Below are positions 1-11,462 of a DNA stretch of 64,000 bases, in pieces (the stretch's first letter is position 1; every line of letters starts with the position of its first letter). The DNA comes from an uncultured Phycisphaerales bacterium (GTDB taxonomy: Bacteria > Planctomycetota > Phycisphaerae > Phycisphaerales > SM1A02): contig CALKEP010000008.1 in assembly GCA_938084645.1 (NCBI GenBank), positions 64,001 through 128,000 on the forward strand, read 5' to 3'. Below the pieces are notes generated by a model. The model saw only the letters and a list, made by a program, of their open reading frames with translations. It was not told the origin of the DNA and ran no database searches. The position numbers and the translations under genes were made by a program.

Positions 1-1111
1 TCGGTCCACGGGGATCGAACCGCTGCTTGAAGAGGAGCGCGACCGCCATCGAAAGCGGGAGATTGGCCCAGGCGCAGTTCTTGATGCGTTCGAGCGTGAA
101 CTCGAACGGCGCCCGGGGATTGAGGACCTTGTGGACCAGGTGGGAGAGGCCCAGCGTGATCTCGGTGAGTCCGATGTGAAGCTCGGGATTCTCGGTGATC
201 TTCTCGAGGGCGTCGTAGTGCACCCACTTGACGCGAGTCAGGTCCTTGCGAACCGTCTTCCAGAGGGTGCTGTCGGGATCGATCGCCTTCTTGTCGGGGT
301 CCTGCACCACGAAACCGACGTAGGTGACGACGCCGTGGTTCGGATCCTTGATCAGGTCGAGGTAGGCGCGGTTGATGCTGATGCCGTGCCGGGCGAGCAT
401 CGTCGCGCAACGTTCGACGGAGGTCCGGGTCCGGGCGTTTCCGAACACCACGGTGATGCGACTCTCGTCCGGGTTCGACTCGGGTTCGATCTCCACCAGG
501 GTGCCGTCGGTCCCGGCCACCTTCTGGAACAGCGTGTAGTGATGCGCGATCCGGAGCGGGGTCAGCGTGTTCACGTAGTCGACGGCGCAGTTGTCGAAGT
601 GCGCCTGGATCTGCTCCGGCGCCCAGTCCGGGCACTCGGTCTTCGCGTATTCGATCGTGGCTTCGAGCTTCTCGCGCTGGCGGGGATCCTCGGGATCGAA
701 CGGCTGTGGCTCGCCGAACTCGAACGTGTCGAGGACGAGGTTCCCGTCGAGGCTGGTGTGGACCTTGGCCGCGCGGAGCGAGAAGTCCATGGGAAGGTTC
801 TTGACGATGTCCGCGAGCACGCCCGGTCGGTCGTCGGTCCGGATCGTGGTCCAGATCGAACCGTCCTCGCTGGTGAGGGTCATGTCGAGTGGACGGTCCG
901 CCGACTGGGCGGCGACGATCGCCTTGAGGTGGCTGAGCTGGGTGTCGTGGTCGGTGTCCTGGAAGTACATCCTCGGCATCTGGCCGAGAAATCGCGGGAT
1001 CACCGATTCCGCGGTGTTCTGGAAACTCGAGACGAGTTCGGCGATCAACTGCTCCGGTTCGGCGTGACCTTCGGGCGTCGGGGACTGGTCGGAAAGGGTT
1101 GAAGTGGCCAT
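1..1111 (-). CDS. Large NAD-dependent glutamate dehydrogenase-like protein, N-terminal part (runs off the window edge)
   Basis: Missing from the ORF track because no stop lies in the window. Manual translation from ATG 1111 gives about 370 open codons: MATSTLSDQSPT...GQMPRMYFQDTDHDTQLSHLKAI...DDRPGVLADIV...LFKQRFDP. A GAGGA RBS lies upstream. The ACT-like 'DRPGVLA' segment and overall pattern recall the N-terminus of large NAD-GDHs. The catalytic domain is outside the window, so the product is inferred. Confidence 0.65.
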   Translation of the reverse strand, partial: MATSTLSDQSPTPEGHAEPEQLIAELVSSFQNTAESVIPRFLGQMPRMYFQDTDHDTQLSHLKAIVAAQSADRPLDMTLTSEDGSIWTTIRTDDRPGVLADIVKNLPMDFSLRAAKVHTSLDGNLVLDTFEFGEPQPFDPEDPRQREKLEATIEYAKTECPDWAPEQIQAHFDNCAVDYVNTLTPLRIAHHYTLFQKVAGTDGTLVEIEPESNPDESRITVVFGNARTRTSVERCATMLARHGISINRAYLDLIKDPNHGVVTYVGFVVQDPDKKAIDPDSTLWKTVRKDLTRVKWVHYDALEKITENPELHIGLTEITLGLSHLVHKVLNPRAPFEFTLERIKNCAWANLPLSMAVALLFKQRFDPRGP

Positions 1112-1297
1112 CGGTCGAGCGTCCTCGAAAGTCGGTCCCTGGAGCGCCTTGCAGAGAGCAGGGGCAAGACCGGAGAGGCTACCCTGTGCATCCGGTCCAT
1201 CTCAAGGGATCGGAGATCATTACCCACCACCTTCTCTTAGTTTTTTGGATTCGCGTCATTTTCCTGGTCCGTCGCTCGTCGCGAATGAGAGGAACCC

Positions 1298-2209
1298 ATG
1301 TTCGGAGTCACGATCGGGAATTTCGACGGCGTTCATCTGGGGCACCGGCGACTCCTCGAAGCCGTCAGGAGGGTCGTCGGCCCGGCGGGACGGGTGATCG
1401 CCGTGACGTTCGATCCGGATCCGGCCACGGTTCTGGGGCATCCGTCGCCCGACCGTCTGATGTCCGTGACGCGGCGTCAGGAGATGCTCAGGCGACAGGG
1501 TGCCGACGAGGTACTGGTACTCGAGACCACGACGGATCTCCTCGCCGACTCCCCCGAGGCGTTTCTCGACCGGCTCGAATCCGCGTTCGGAGGTGTTCCC
1601 GCGGTGATGGTCGAGGGGCCGGATTTTCGTTTCGGTCACCGTCGGTCCGGAAGTGTCGAGGATCTTCATCGCTTCGGTGCGGAGCGCGGCTTCAAGGTCC
1701 ACGTCGAGGCGGAACGTCGCGTGCACTTGAACTCGGGCCTCGAGATGCCGGTGCGGAGTTCCGCGATCCGGGAGCTGCTTCGCCTCGGACGCGTCGAAGA
1801 CGCGAGCACGCTGCTCGGTGAGCCGCACGTCCTCGACGGGATCGTCGTGAAGGGTGACCAGCGAGGTCGCACGATCGGCATTCCGACCGCGAATCTCGAT
1901 CTCGGTGGGACGCTGCTTCCCGCCGATGGCGTGTACGCGGGCCAGGCGACCCTGCCGGACGGATCGATTCATCCCGCGGCGATCAGCATCGGGACCAAAC
2001 CCACGTTCGAGGAGACGCCGCGCGTCGCGGAGGTTCACCTGCTCGATTGGGCGGGTACGCTCGACGACTACGGGTGGAGGCTCGAAGCCGGACTGGTCCG
2101 ACGCCTTCGAGGTCAGTACCGGTACGACGATCTTCCGTCCCTGCTCGCGCAGATCGAGCGCGACGTCGCGGCGGTTCGCACGATCTGCATCGATCCCGGT
2201 GAAGCCTGA
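1298..2209 (+). CDS. ribF: Bifunctional riboflavin kinase / FAD synthetase
   Basis: IGNFDGVHLGH, FRFG, SSAIR, GRTIGIPTAN, GVY and EVHLLD motifs; GAGG RBS. Confidence 0.96.
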   Translation: MFGVTIGNFDGVHLGHRRLLEAVRRVVGPAGRVIAVTFDPDPATVLGHPSPDRLMSVTRRQEMLRRQGADEVLVLETTTDLLADSPEAFLDRLESAFGGVPAVMVEGPDFRFGHRRSGSVEDLHRFGAERGFKVHVEAERRVHLNSGLEMPVRSSAIRELLRLGRVEDASTLLGEPHVLDGIVVKGDQRGRTIGIPTANLDLGGTLLPADGVYAGQATLPDGSIHPAAISIGTKPTFEETPRVAEVHLLDWAGTLDDYGWRLEAGLVRRLRGQYRYDDLPSLLAQIERDVAAVRTICIDPGEA

Positions 2210-2282
2210 GCCGATCCTCCGCCTGCCATCGATCGCGTCATCTTCGATCTCAATCCCTCCACCCCTCCTGAGCCTCCTCGCA

Positions 2283-3353
2283 ATGACCCCAACCACTCCC
2301 GCCGGCCCCGACCACCCCTGGGATGAACCGGGCTTCGAATACGTCTCGAACGCGACCCCCGCGGAACTCGCGGAGACCCTTCGGGCGGCGACCCGCGTGC
2401 TCATCACCACCCACGAGAAGCCCGACGGGGACGCGCTCGGGACGAGCCTCGCACTGCATCGAGGGCTTCGGCAACTCGGGATCTCGAGCCAGGTGCTGCT
2501 GGCCGGTCCCCTCGACCCGAACCTGCTGGCCATCGCCGGCCCGTCCGACGAGGTGCGCCGCTTCGAACACGACGGACTCCCGACCCCCGATGACGAACCG
2601 GATCTCATCGCGGTGGTGGACACCGGGGCCTGGACCCAGTTGGAGTCGATGCGGTCGTGGCTTCGGGAACGCGCCGAACGCGTGATCGGGATCGATCACC
2701 ACGCCCGTGGGGGATCGGTGGCGTCCCGGCGTCTGGTCGACGTCGACTGCGCCTCGGCCACCCAGGCGCTGGTCCCGGTGCTCGACGCGCTCGGCGTGGA
2801 TCTCGCTCGCGACGAGGTCGCGATGCCGTTGTTCCTCGGGCTCGCCACCGATACCGGCTGGTTCCGCTTCTCCAGCGCCGGTTCGACGGTCTATCGAGTC
2901 GCGGCGCGGCTGATGGACGCCGGCGTCGACAAGGACGAGCTCTACGCGATGATCGAGCAGAACGCGTCGCCGGCCCGCCTCGCCATGATCGCGCGGGCCC
3001 TCGGTTCGCTCCGGTACATGTCGAACGGCGCGGTGGCGGTGATGCGGCTCACCATGGAGGACTTCGCGGAGACCGGCGCTTCGCTCGAGGGGCTCGCGGG
3101 CATCGTGAACACCCCCCTCGACATCGGGGCGGTTCGAGCGTCGATTCTGCTCACCGAGGCCGCGAAGGGCCTGACCAAGGTGAGTTTTCGATCGAAACCC
3201 GCCCGGGAAGGGCTCGGGATCGTCGACGTCAACGAACTCGCCGCCCAATTCGGGGGTGGCGGACACGTTCATGCGGCGGGAGCGCGGATCCCCTCGGACC
3301 TGGACGAGGCCGAAGCCGCGATCGAAGCGGTGGTCGACGACTTCGTCGACTGA
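2283..3353 (+). CDS. nrnA: DHH/DHHA1 phosphoesterase (NrnA-like oligoribonuclease / pAp phosphatase)
   Basis: HEKPDGDALG, VVDT, IDHH, TDTGWF, SFRS and GGGGHVHAAG motifs. Start placed at ATG 2283 to avoid overlap with ribF. Confidence 0.9.
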   Translation: MTPTTPAGPDHPWDEPGFEYVSNATPAELAETLRAATRVLITTHEKPDGDALGTSLALHRGLRQLGISSQVLLAGPLDPNLLAIAGPSDEVRRFEHDGLPTPDDEPDLIAVVDTGAWTQLESMRSWLRERAERVIGIDHHARGGSVASRRLVDVDCASATQALVPVLDALGVDLARDEVAMPLFLGLATDTGWFRFSSAGSTVYRVAARLMDAGVDKDELYAMIEQNASPARLAMIARALGSLRYMSNGAVAVMRLTMEDFAETGASLEGLAGIVNTPLDIGAVRASILLTEAAKGLTKVSFRSKPAREGLGIVDVNELAAQFGGGGHVHAAGARIPSDLDEAEAAIEAVVDDFVD

Positions 3354-3365
3354 TCCCGCGCTCGC

Positions 3366-3809
3366 TCAGGCGTCGGTGGTGCCGTCGTCCGCCACAGGGT
3401 TCGATTCCGCCTCGAGATCGACGGCCTCCGCGGGCAGCGGCGTCGAATCGGGGTCGCGAACCGTGAAGCCCAGTCTCGCGATCGCTTCGCGGACCTTCGG
3501 CATCGCTTCGGGGGCGGCGTCGACCGTCGCGGATTCCGAGGCGAGATCGACGGTGCAGGATCGCACGCCATCGACCTTGGCGACCTTCGCGGTGATCGCC
3601 TTCACGCAGGATTCGCAGTGCATGCCGTCGATCCCGACCGCGTAGGTCGCCACGGTCGCGTCGCGCGCGGTCGTGTTGGTTGCATTCGAGTCCTCGCAGG
3701 CGGTCAACGCGGCACCGACGAGGATCATGGAAATCGCGACCGTCGCCGGCGTGGGTCGAACGCGCTGCCTCCGCGGGCGTGGGGCGGTTGGAACATTTTG
3801 GCGGTACAT
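3366..3809 (-). CDS. Heavy-metal-associated (HMA) domain lipoprotein, CopZ/MerP-like
   Basis: Arg-rich N-region, hydrophobic stretch and lipobox LTA-C, then GMHCESC in an HMA fold, then an acidic tail. Start uncertain (3809 or 3845). Confidence 0.85.
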   Translation of the reverse strand: MYRQNVPTAPRPRRQRVRPTPATVAISMILVGAALTACEDSNATNTTARDATVATYAVGIDGMHCESCVKAITAKVAKVDGVRSCTVDLASESATVDAAPEAMPKVREAIARLGFTVRDPDSTPLPAEAVDLEAESNPVADDGTTDA

Positions 3810-3884
3810 GTTGCGGAACTCCAGATGGTTGGGGACCGAAGGCATCGGAGCCCGAGCGATCCGACATCCCTCGAGGCCACCGGT

Positions 3885-5087
3885 TCAGGTGTCGACGAGG
3901 GAACGGCGGCGGGCCACTCGGCCCATCCACCAGCCCGCCACCGCGGTCAGGGCGGCGAGGGGCAGCAGGAACAGTGTTCGGTTCTCGATGAAGCCGAGCC
4001 AGCCGAGGGGGCTCACGGCGAGCGAGACGAGCAGGGTCGATGCGATCCAGCGTGCGTGAAGCGGTCGCGAAGGGCCGTTGACCGCGGCGGCGATCACGTA
4101 CATCGGGAAGGGAACCGCGTACAGGCCGAGGAACAACAGGTACATCCGTTCGTCCGCGATCCCCGGCAGTCCCAGCACCGAACCCACCGCGATCGCCCCG
4201 AGGAGGGCGGCGCCACGGCCGAGGCGGCCCGATGGCAGCACCGCGAGTTCCCGGATGTGTGCGCCGATCGTGAAGACGAGCTGAAGCGTCCATTGTGCGA
4301 TGGCGAGGGGAAGCAGGGCCGGGAGGATCCGTTCGGGATCGAGGCCGTCGTAGGTCGTCGCGGCGAACACCAGCATCATCGCGAACACCACCCCGAAGAC
4401 GGCGAAGGCATGTCGGCTGGGCGCCTGCTGACGCGCCCGATGGAACGTCGCGTCGAGTGCGGGGCAGGCGAGGAAGCCGAGCAGCATCAGGGGGATGATC
4501 CCGACGACCGGGGCGGCGTCGTCGGGCGCACTTCCCGAGGGGAGGCCTCCGGCCCGCCCGAGGGCCAGCGCGAACAGCACGCCGGAGGCGACGGCGGCGA
4601 GGACCGCGAACCACCGCCAGAAGAGGTCGCCGCGGGCCGAGACCGCGGCGGCGCCGGCGGTCCAGGTCAGGATGACCCCGAGGACGGGCCAGGTCAGCAC
4701 GTCACGGGCGACCCCCGCGGCGGCGGGATCGGCCTCGCTCGCGGCGTCGGGCGCGAAGATGAACATGGACGACGTCCAGCCGATGAAGAAGATCTGGAAG
4801 GCGATCGTCGCGAGACTGAACCATCGGATGGCCAGAGGATGGGCGGTGGCGAATCGGCGGCTGCGGTCCGCATCGAACACGTAGCCGAAGCCGACGCAGC
4901 CGATCAGGTTTGGAATCGCGAAGGCGAGGAACCCGGCCCATCCGAAGCGACCGAGCAGGATCACCGGCAGGAACATGCCGATGCACCAGGTCCAGCTGCA
5001 GGCGCAGTAGAAGCCCCATCCGGCGGTGGCGGCGAGTCCACCGCGGGCCGGACCTGCAGGCGATCGAAGCGACGCCTCGACGCTCAT
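3885..5087 (-). CDS. Multi-pass membrane protein, divergent sodium:solute symporter / DUR3-like
   Basis: About 11 hydrophobic segments. SWTW...G..GF..F..PN and D.TFHRA patterns resemble SSS-family helices. Its start overlaps the upstream stop (ATGA). Confidence 0.6.
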   Translation of the reverse strand: MSVEASLRSPAGPARGGLAATAGWGFYCACSWTWCIGMFLPVILLGRFGWAGFLAFAIPNLIGCVGFGYVFDADRSRRFATAHPLAIRWFSLATIAFQIFFIGWTSSMFIFAPDAASEADPAAAGVARDVLTWPVLGVILTWTAGAAAVSARGDLFWRWFAVLAAVASGVLFALALGRAGGLPSGSAPDDAAPVVGIIPLMLLGFLACPALDATFHRARQQAPSRHAFAVFGVVFAMMLVFAATTYDGLDPERILPALLPLAIAQWTLQLVFTIGAHIRELAVLPSGRLGRGAALLGAIAVGSVLGLPGIADERMYLLFLGLYAVPFPMYVIAAAVNGPSRPLHARWIASTLLVSLAVSPLGWLGFIENRTLFLLPLAALTAVAGWWMGRVARRRSLVDT

Positions 5088-5719
5088 TCTGCGGGGGTGC
5101 TCCGCTCGAGCCGGGCACGACGCTTCTGGCGCAATTGCTCGGCGAGGTCCTTCGGCGTGCAGTGGAAGGTGATGGCGCAGCGACCGACCTTCAGGTCACG
5201 GCTCTTCGCGCGGCGGTTCACCTGCTGGCTGATCTCGAGTTCGAGGGCGATGTTGAATTCGCCGCCCTCTTCGACCTTCCGCTTCACGTCCTCGGCGTTG
5301 GCGACGCGGTAGACGGCGGGGCCGTAGCACGGACGAAGAAATCGATACTCCATCCGCTTGCAGATCACCTCGTAGTCGCTGCCGCATTCCGCGAACAGAT
5401 ACATTCCCGCGGCGACCTCGGAGTTCCCGAGGAGGGCGGCACCGGCCATCGCGTTGTACCAGTTGCGATTGAAGCGTCGATAGGGGAGGACCGCGGTGAA
5501 ACTCTTCGCATCGATTCGGCGGAGGGTGATGCCGCTCCTGAAGGCGAAGGGGAGCCAGATCAGCGAGCAGACCCGGTGCCAGAAGTTGTTCCGGGTGGAG
5601 AGCTGGCTGAGGTAGGCGTCGATCCGCTTGCCGAGCGACTTCTTCGCCGGCAGCATGCCCGCCGGCGTCGTGGCCTCGGGGTCGTCGTGGGACGAGTGAT
5701 TCACGGGTGCGGTGGTCAC
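5084..5719 (-). CDS. Hotdog-fold thioesterase-like protein (DUF4442/PaaI-like)
   Basis: LPFAFRSGI...LPYRRFNRNWYNAMAGAAL...MEYRFLRP pattern. ORF is open to 5797; GTG 5719 chosen because a TACCAT -10 lies at 5773-5768. Confidence 0.65.
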   Translation of the reverse strand: MTTAPVNHSSHDDPEATTPAGMLPAKKSLGKRIDAYLSQLSTRNNFWHRVCSLIWLPFAFRSGITLRRIDAKSFTAVLPYRRFNRNWYNAMAGAALLGNSEVAAGMYLFAECGSDYEVICKRMEYRFLRPCYGPAVYRVANAEDVKRKVEEGGEFNIALELEISQQVNRRAKSRDLKVGRCAITFHCTPKDLAEQLRQKRRARLERSTPAE

Positions 5720-6407
5720 GGCAGGGGTTCGATCGGGACTGGAGGCACCAAAGATGGATGCGGCTTCATGGTAGGTCGCTTTGGGAGCGTACGCCACGAA
5801 GCAGGGCCTTCCCGGTGCATCCCGGCGGTCGGGCGAAGGGGGTCACCGGGCGATCGGACGGTCCAATATGCCGTCTGACGAGCGCCGAAACTGGATTTCA
5901 CCGCCTCGTGTCGATGGGCGGCGAGGAAACTCACCTTGATCACATCGAGGTTCGTTCCGGTACCGCCCTCTTCGACCGATTCGGGCGCAAGTCGGCACGG
6001 CCATGTCGACCCGGAGCACCCACGACGAGCGGCCGGATGGGATCGTTCCCGATGGGGACGCGAGATCCGTGCCGAGGAATTGTCCGATTGCCGCCGGTAC
6101 GCGGATGCGGTGGAGACGCGCTTCCGGGCCCGGGCCAGAACCGAGTCGAAGCCGAGGTGGGGCGCGATTGCGATCGGACCGGTATCTCGAAGTTTGCGAC
6201 GAGCGCCTGCTGGAGGCAGTGGATGCGACCATGGAGCGGATCTTCCGTTTTCCCGACGAGTTCCCCCTCGAAGGGGTTCCCAGGCGGCATCGGCCGTCGT
6301 CGAAGGTGGTCGATCCGCTCGCCGGTGCCCTGATGGAGCGACTCGGCGACGAAGCGTCGCCGCCTCCAGGACCTTCGCCACCGAGCCGGACGGTAGAATC
6401 GGGCATC

Positions 6408-7247
6408 ATGAACGATGCCTGCGTCACCATCCCGATCGGCCGTCTCGGCGTCTGCAGTTGGAGTCTTCAGCCGAAGACGGCCGCCGAGCTCGTGGAGTCG
6501 GTCGCACGACTCGGCGTGCCGAAGATCCAGCTCGCCCTCGGGCCCGTGATCGACGATTCCGCGGCGTTCGGAGACGTGATGCCTCGGCTTCGCGATGCCG
6601 GCGTCCGGATCGCGAGCGGCATGCTCGAGGCGGTCGGCGAGGACTACTCGACGCTCGAGACGATCAAGGCGACCGGCGGCGTTCGTCCCGACGAGCACTG
6701 GCCGGCGACGCTGGATCGAGCCCGCGCGGTCGCCGCGCTGGCCGCCGCGGAATCGCTTCCCCTGGTCACCCTCCACGCCGGCTTCATTCCGCACGAGGCG
6801 AGCGATCCGGCTCGCGCCGTCGTGCTGGACCGCCTCCGGACCCTCGCCGACGTGTTCGCGGATCACGGCGTTCGCGTCGGTCTCGAGACGGGCCAGGAGA
6901 CCGCGGCCACGCTGCTCGACGCCCTCGCCGAACTCGGCCACGAGAATGTCGGCGTCAACTTCGATCCGGCGAACATGATCCTCTACGGAATGGGCGATCC
7001 GGTCGATGCGATCCGGCTCCTTTCGGATCACGTGGTGCAGGTGCATGCGAAGGATGCGACGCCCACCGAGACACCGGGAACCTGGGGCAGCGAGGTCCCG
7101 TTGGGTACCGGCGCGGTCGATTGGAACCGGTTCCTCGAGGTGGTCGCGACGCTGGACGAATCCATCGACGTGGTGATCGAACGCGAAGCCGGCGATGCTC
7201 GAGAGACCGACATCCTCGCCGCACGTCGGCGATTGACGGGAAGCTGA
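6408..7247 (+). CDS. Sugar phosphate isomerase/epimerase (xylose-isomerase-like TIM barrel)
   Basis: LETGQE, VNFDPANM, VHAKD, EVPLGTGAVDW and VIERE motifs. TAGAAT lies 8 nt before ATG 6408. The frame is open upstream to 6003. Confidence 0.85.
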   Translation: MNDACVTIPIGRLGVCSWSLQPKTAAELVESVARLGVPKIQLALGPVIDDSAAFGDVMPRLRDAGVRIASGMLEAVGEDYSTLETIKATGGVRPDEHWPATLDRARAVAALAAAESLPLVTLHAGFIPHEASDPARAVVLDRLRTLADVFADHGVRVGLETGQETAATLLDALAELGHENVGVNFDPANMILYGMGDPVDAIRLLSDHVVQVHAKDATPTETPGTWGSEVPLGTGAVDWNRFLEVVATLDESIDVVIEREAGDARETDILAARRRLTGS

Positions 7248-7251
7248 ATCG

Positions 7252-9571
<2,320 letters not shown>

Positions 9572-9735
9572 CCGGCGATTTGAAATGATCCCCCGGTGAT
9601 CCGCTGGCATCGCTCGTTTCCGTCAGCGAGATCCGTGCGGAATTCCTCGACGTGGCGATCGACTGACGGCTCCATGGGTTCCATCGAGGGCTTTTCCGGG
9701 GCTTCGGTGCGGATGTTGGAGATACACTCCACCCC

Positions 9736-10293
9736 ATGTCACCGAGCGCCAATCCCATGGGCCAGGTCTACCTCGGGTTTCGCAGCCTCCTCGTGAAGCT
9801 GGCGATCTTCGTGGTGATGGCGGCCCTGCTGGCCTGGGCGATCGGCGGGACGCTCTGGCCTCGGACCGCGGTGGGGATCGTCGGGTCCGCGATCATCGTC
9901 GACGGACACTCGATCGCGCTCGTCGATCGACTCAGGTCCGACGGCTCCCGATCCCGGTTCGCCCTCGCGTTGCTCGACGAGAATCGCGAGGTGGTCGAAT
10001 TCTGGCCTTCCGACGAGTCGGAGCGAGCGACCTGGACCGACGCGCTCTCGCCGGTGGCGAATCCGGACGCGACCCGTGGTGCGGCGGCGTTCAGCAGCGA
10101 GGGTCGATGGACGGTCGTCGAATTCGGGATCCCGACCGGCGGCGGGCATCCGCTGGAAGCGTCGAACCCCGAAGTGCGGGCGGTCGCCGACCGACTCGAG
10201 GCCGCGCAGGCCCTGCACCGCTTCACGCGGGCGGGGACTCAGTCGGTCGGGGAAGCGGTGGACACCGCCGCCAAGGCATCGTCCGCGGGCTGA
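9736..10293 (+). CDS. Hypothetical membrane-anchored protein
   Basis: One N-terminal TM segment (LLVKLAIFVVMAALLAWAIGG). TACACT lies 7 nt before the ATG. The 3' end overlaps convergent uppP. Confidence 0.6.
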   Translation: MSPSANPMGQVYLGFRSLLVKLAIFVVMAALLAWAIGGTLWPRTAVGIVGSAIIVDGHSIALVDRLRSDGSRSRFALALLDENREVVEFWPSDESERATWTDALSPVANPDATRGAAAFSSEGRWTVVEFGIPTGGGHPLEASNPEVRAVADRLEAAQALHRFTRAGTQSVGEAVDTAAKASSAG

Positions 10294-11165
10294 TCGGGGC
10301 CGAACTGCACGATGCCGCCGAGCCAGAGGCCGGCGAGCACCGCGGCCAGCGCGATTCGATACCACCCGAACACCGCGAGTCCGTGCTTCGCGAGGTATCC
10401 CACGAGCCACTTCACCGCGAAGGCCGCGGAGACGGTCGCGACCGCGATCCCGAGGAGAATCGGCACTGCGCCGAGCGATGCGATCTCGTCGCCGCTCTTG
10501 AGCGACTTGTAGACGCACGCGCCACCAAGGGTCGGGAGCCCGAGCAGGAACGAGAACTCCGCGGCCTGCTTCGGTCGCAGGCCGATGAACATTCCACCCA
10601 CGATGGTCATCATCGATCGGCTGGTCCCCGGGATCATCGCGACGCACTGGAGGAGTCCGACCACCAGGGCCTGCTTCCAGGTCAGATGCTCGATGTCCGT
10701 GAACGTCCGTCCGCCCTCGCTCTCGCCCTCGTTCTCGGCGCTCGCGAACACCCGGTCCTGCCACCGCTTCATGCCGATCAGGAGCAGCCCGCCGAGGGCC
10801 AGCGCGATGATCACGGGCCAGGGCTTGAAGAGGAACGCCTCGATGAGATCGTCGAGCAGGACGCCGAACACCGCGGCCGGGAGGAAGGCGACCACCAGGT
10901 TCAGGAACAGTTTCCGACCGGGCACGTCCCGCCCGAGGAGGCCCTGGATCATCGACCAGACGCGGGCCCGGTAGAGCCCGATCACGGCGAGGATCGCACC
11001 ACCCTGGATCACGATGTTGAACGCATCGACGGCCGACTTGGTGGCCGCATCCCGGTCAAGCCCGAGAAGGCTCGACGTGATGATGAGATGGCCGGTCGAG
11101 GACACCGGAAGGTATTCGGTGATGCCTTCGACCAGGCCGAGGATGATGGCGTCGAGAGGGGTCAT
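10239..11165 (-). CDS. uppP: Undecaprenyl-diphosphatase
   Basis: LGLVEGITEYLPVSSTGHL, IQGGAILAV, IPGTSRS, AAEFSFLLGLP and FGWYRI motifs. Confidence 0.96.
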   Translation of the reverse strand: MTPLDAIILGLVEGITEYLPVSSTGHLIITSSLLGLDRDAATKSAVDAFNIVIQGGAILAVIGLYRARVWSMIQGLLGRDVPGRKLFLNLVVAFLPAAVFGVLLDDLIEAFLFKPWPVIIALALGGLLLIGMKRWQDRVFASAENEGESEGGRTFTDIEHLTWKQALVVGLLQCVAMIPGTSRSMMTIVGGMFIGLRPKQAAEFSFLLGLPTLGGACVYKSLKSGDEIASLGAVPILLGIAVATVSAAFAVKWLVGYLAKHGLAVFGWYRIALAAVLAGLWLGGIVQFGPDQPADDALAAVSTASPTD

Positions 11166-11462
11166 GGTGTCCGATCGATTCCACAGGAAAGAACAGTTCT
11201 CCGCGGCTCATCATCGGTCGGTCGACGTCCCCTCCTTGCGAAGGTCCACGGGGATGCTCCGATCCGCCGTCACGATCGATCGGCGGGGAGTGGGGGAGGC
11301 GACCCGAGCCGGAAGGTGGGTCTGGGCCGACTGTGGGGGTCGTGCGGGGCGATCCGACTGGAAAGGTCCGACAACCCTTCAGTCCGCGCCGCGTCCATCC
11401 GATCCCCTTGACGGAGCTCGAATCGTCCCATCGGCGAGCCGGCTCCGCCGGAGGTCAAGCCC

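Noticed and set aside
131..1102. Long ORFs antisense to or frame-shifted within real genes (for example 131..1102, 7532..9610, 13896..15773, 29829..32228, 35681..37750, 48335..50977, 60950..63133)
   Set aside because: Shadow ORFs expected in high-GC coding DNA. They overlap genes with clear motifs and have no motifs of their own.
1112..1297. FMN riboswitch upstream of ribF
   Set aside because: None of the conserved RFN-element sequence blocks are present.
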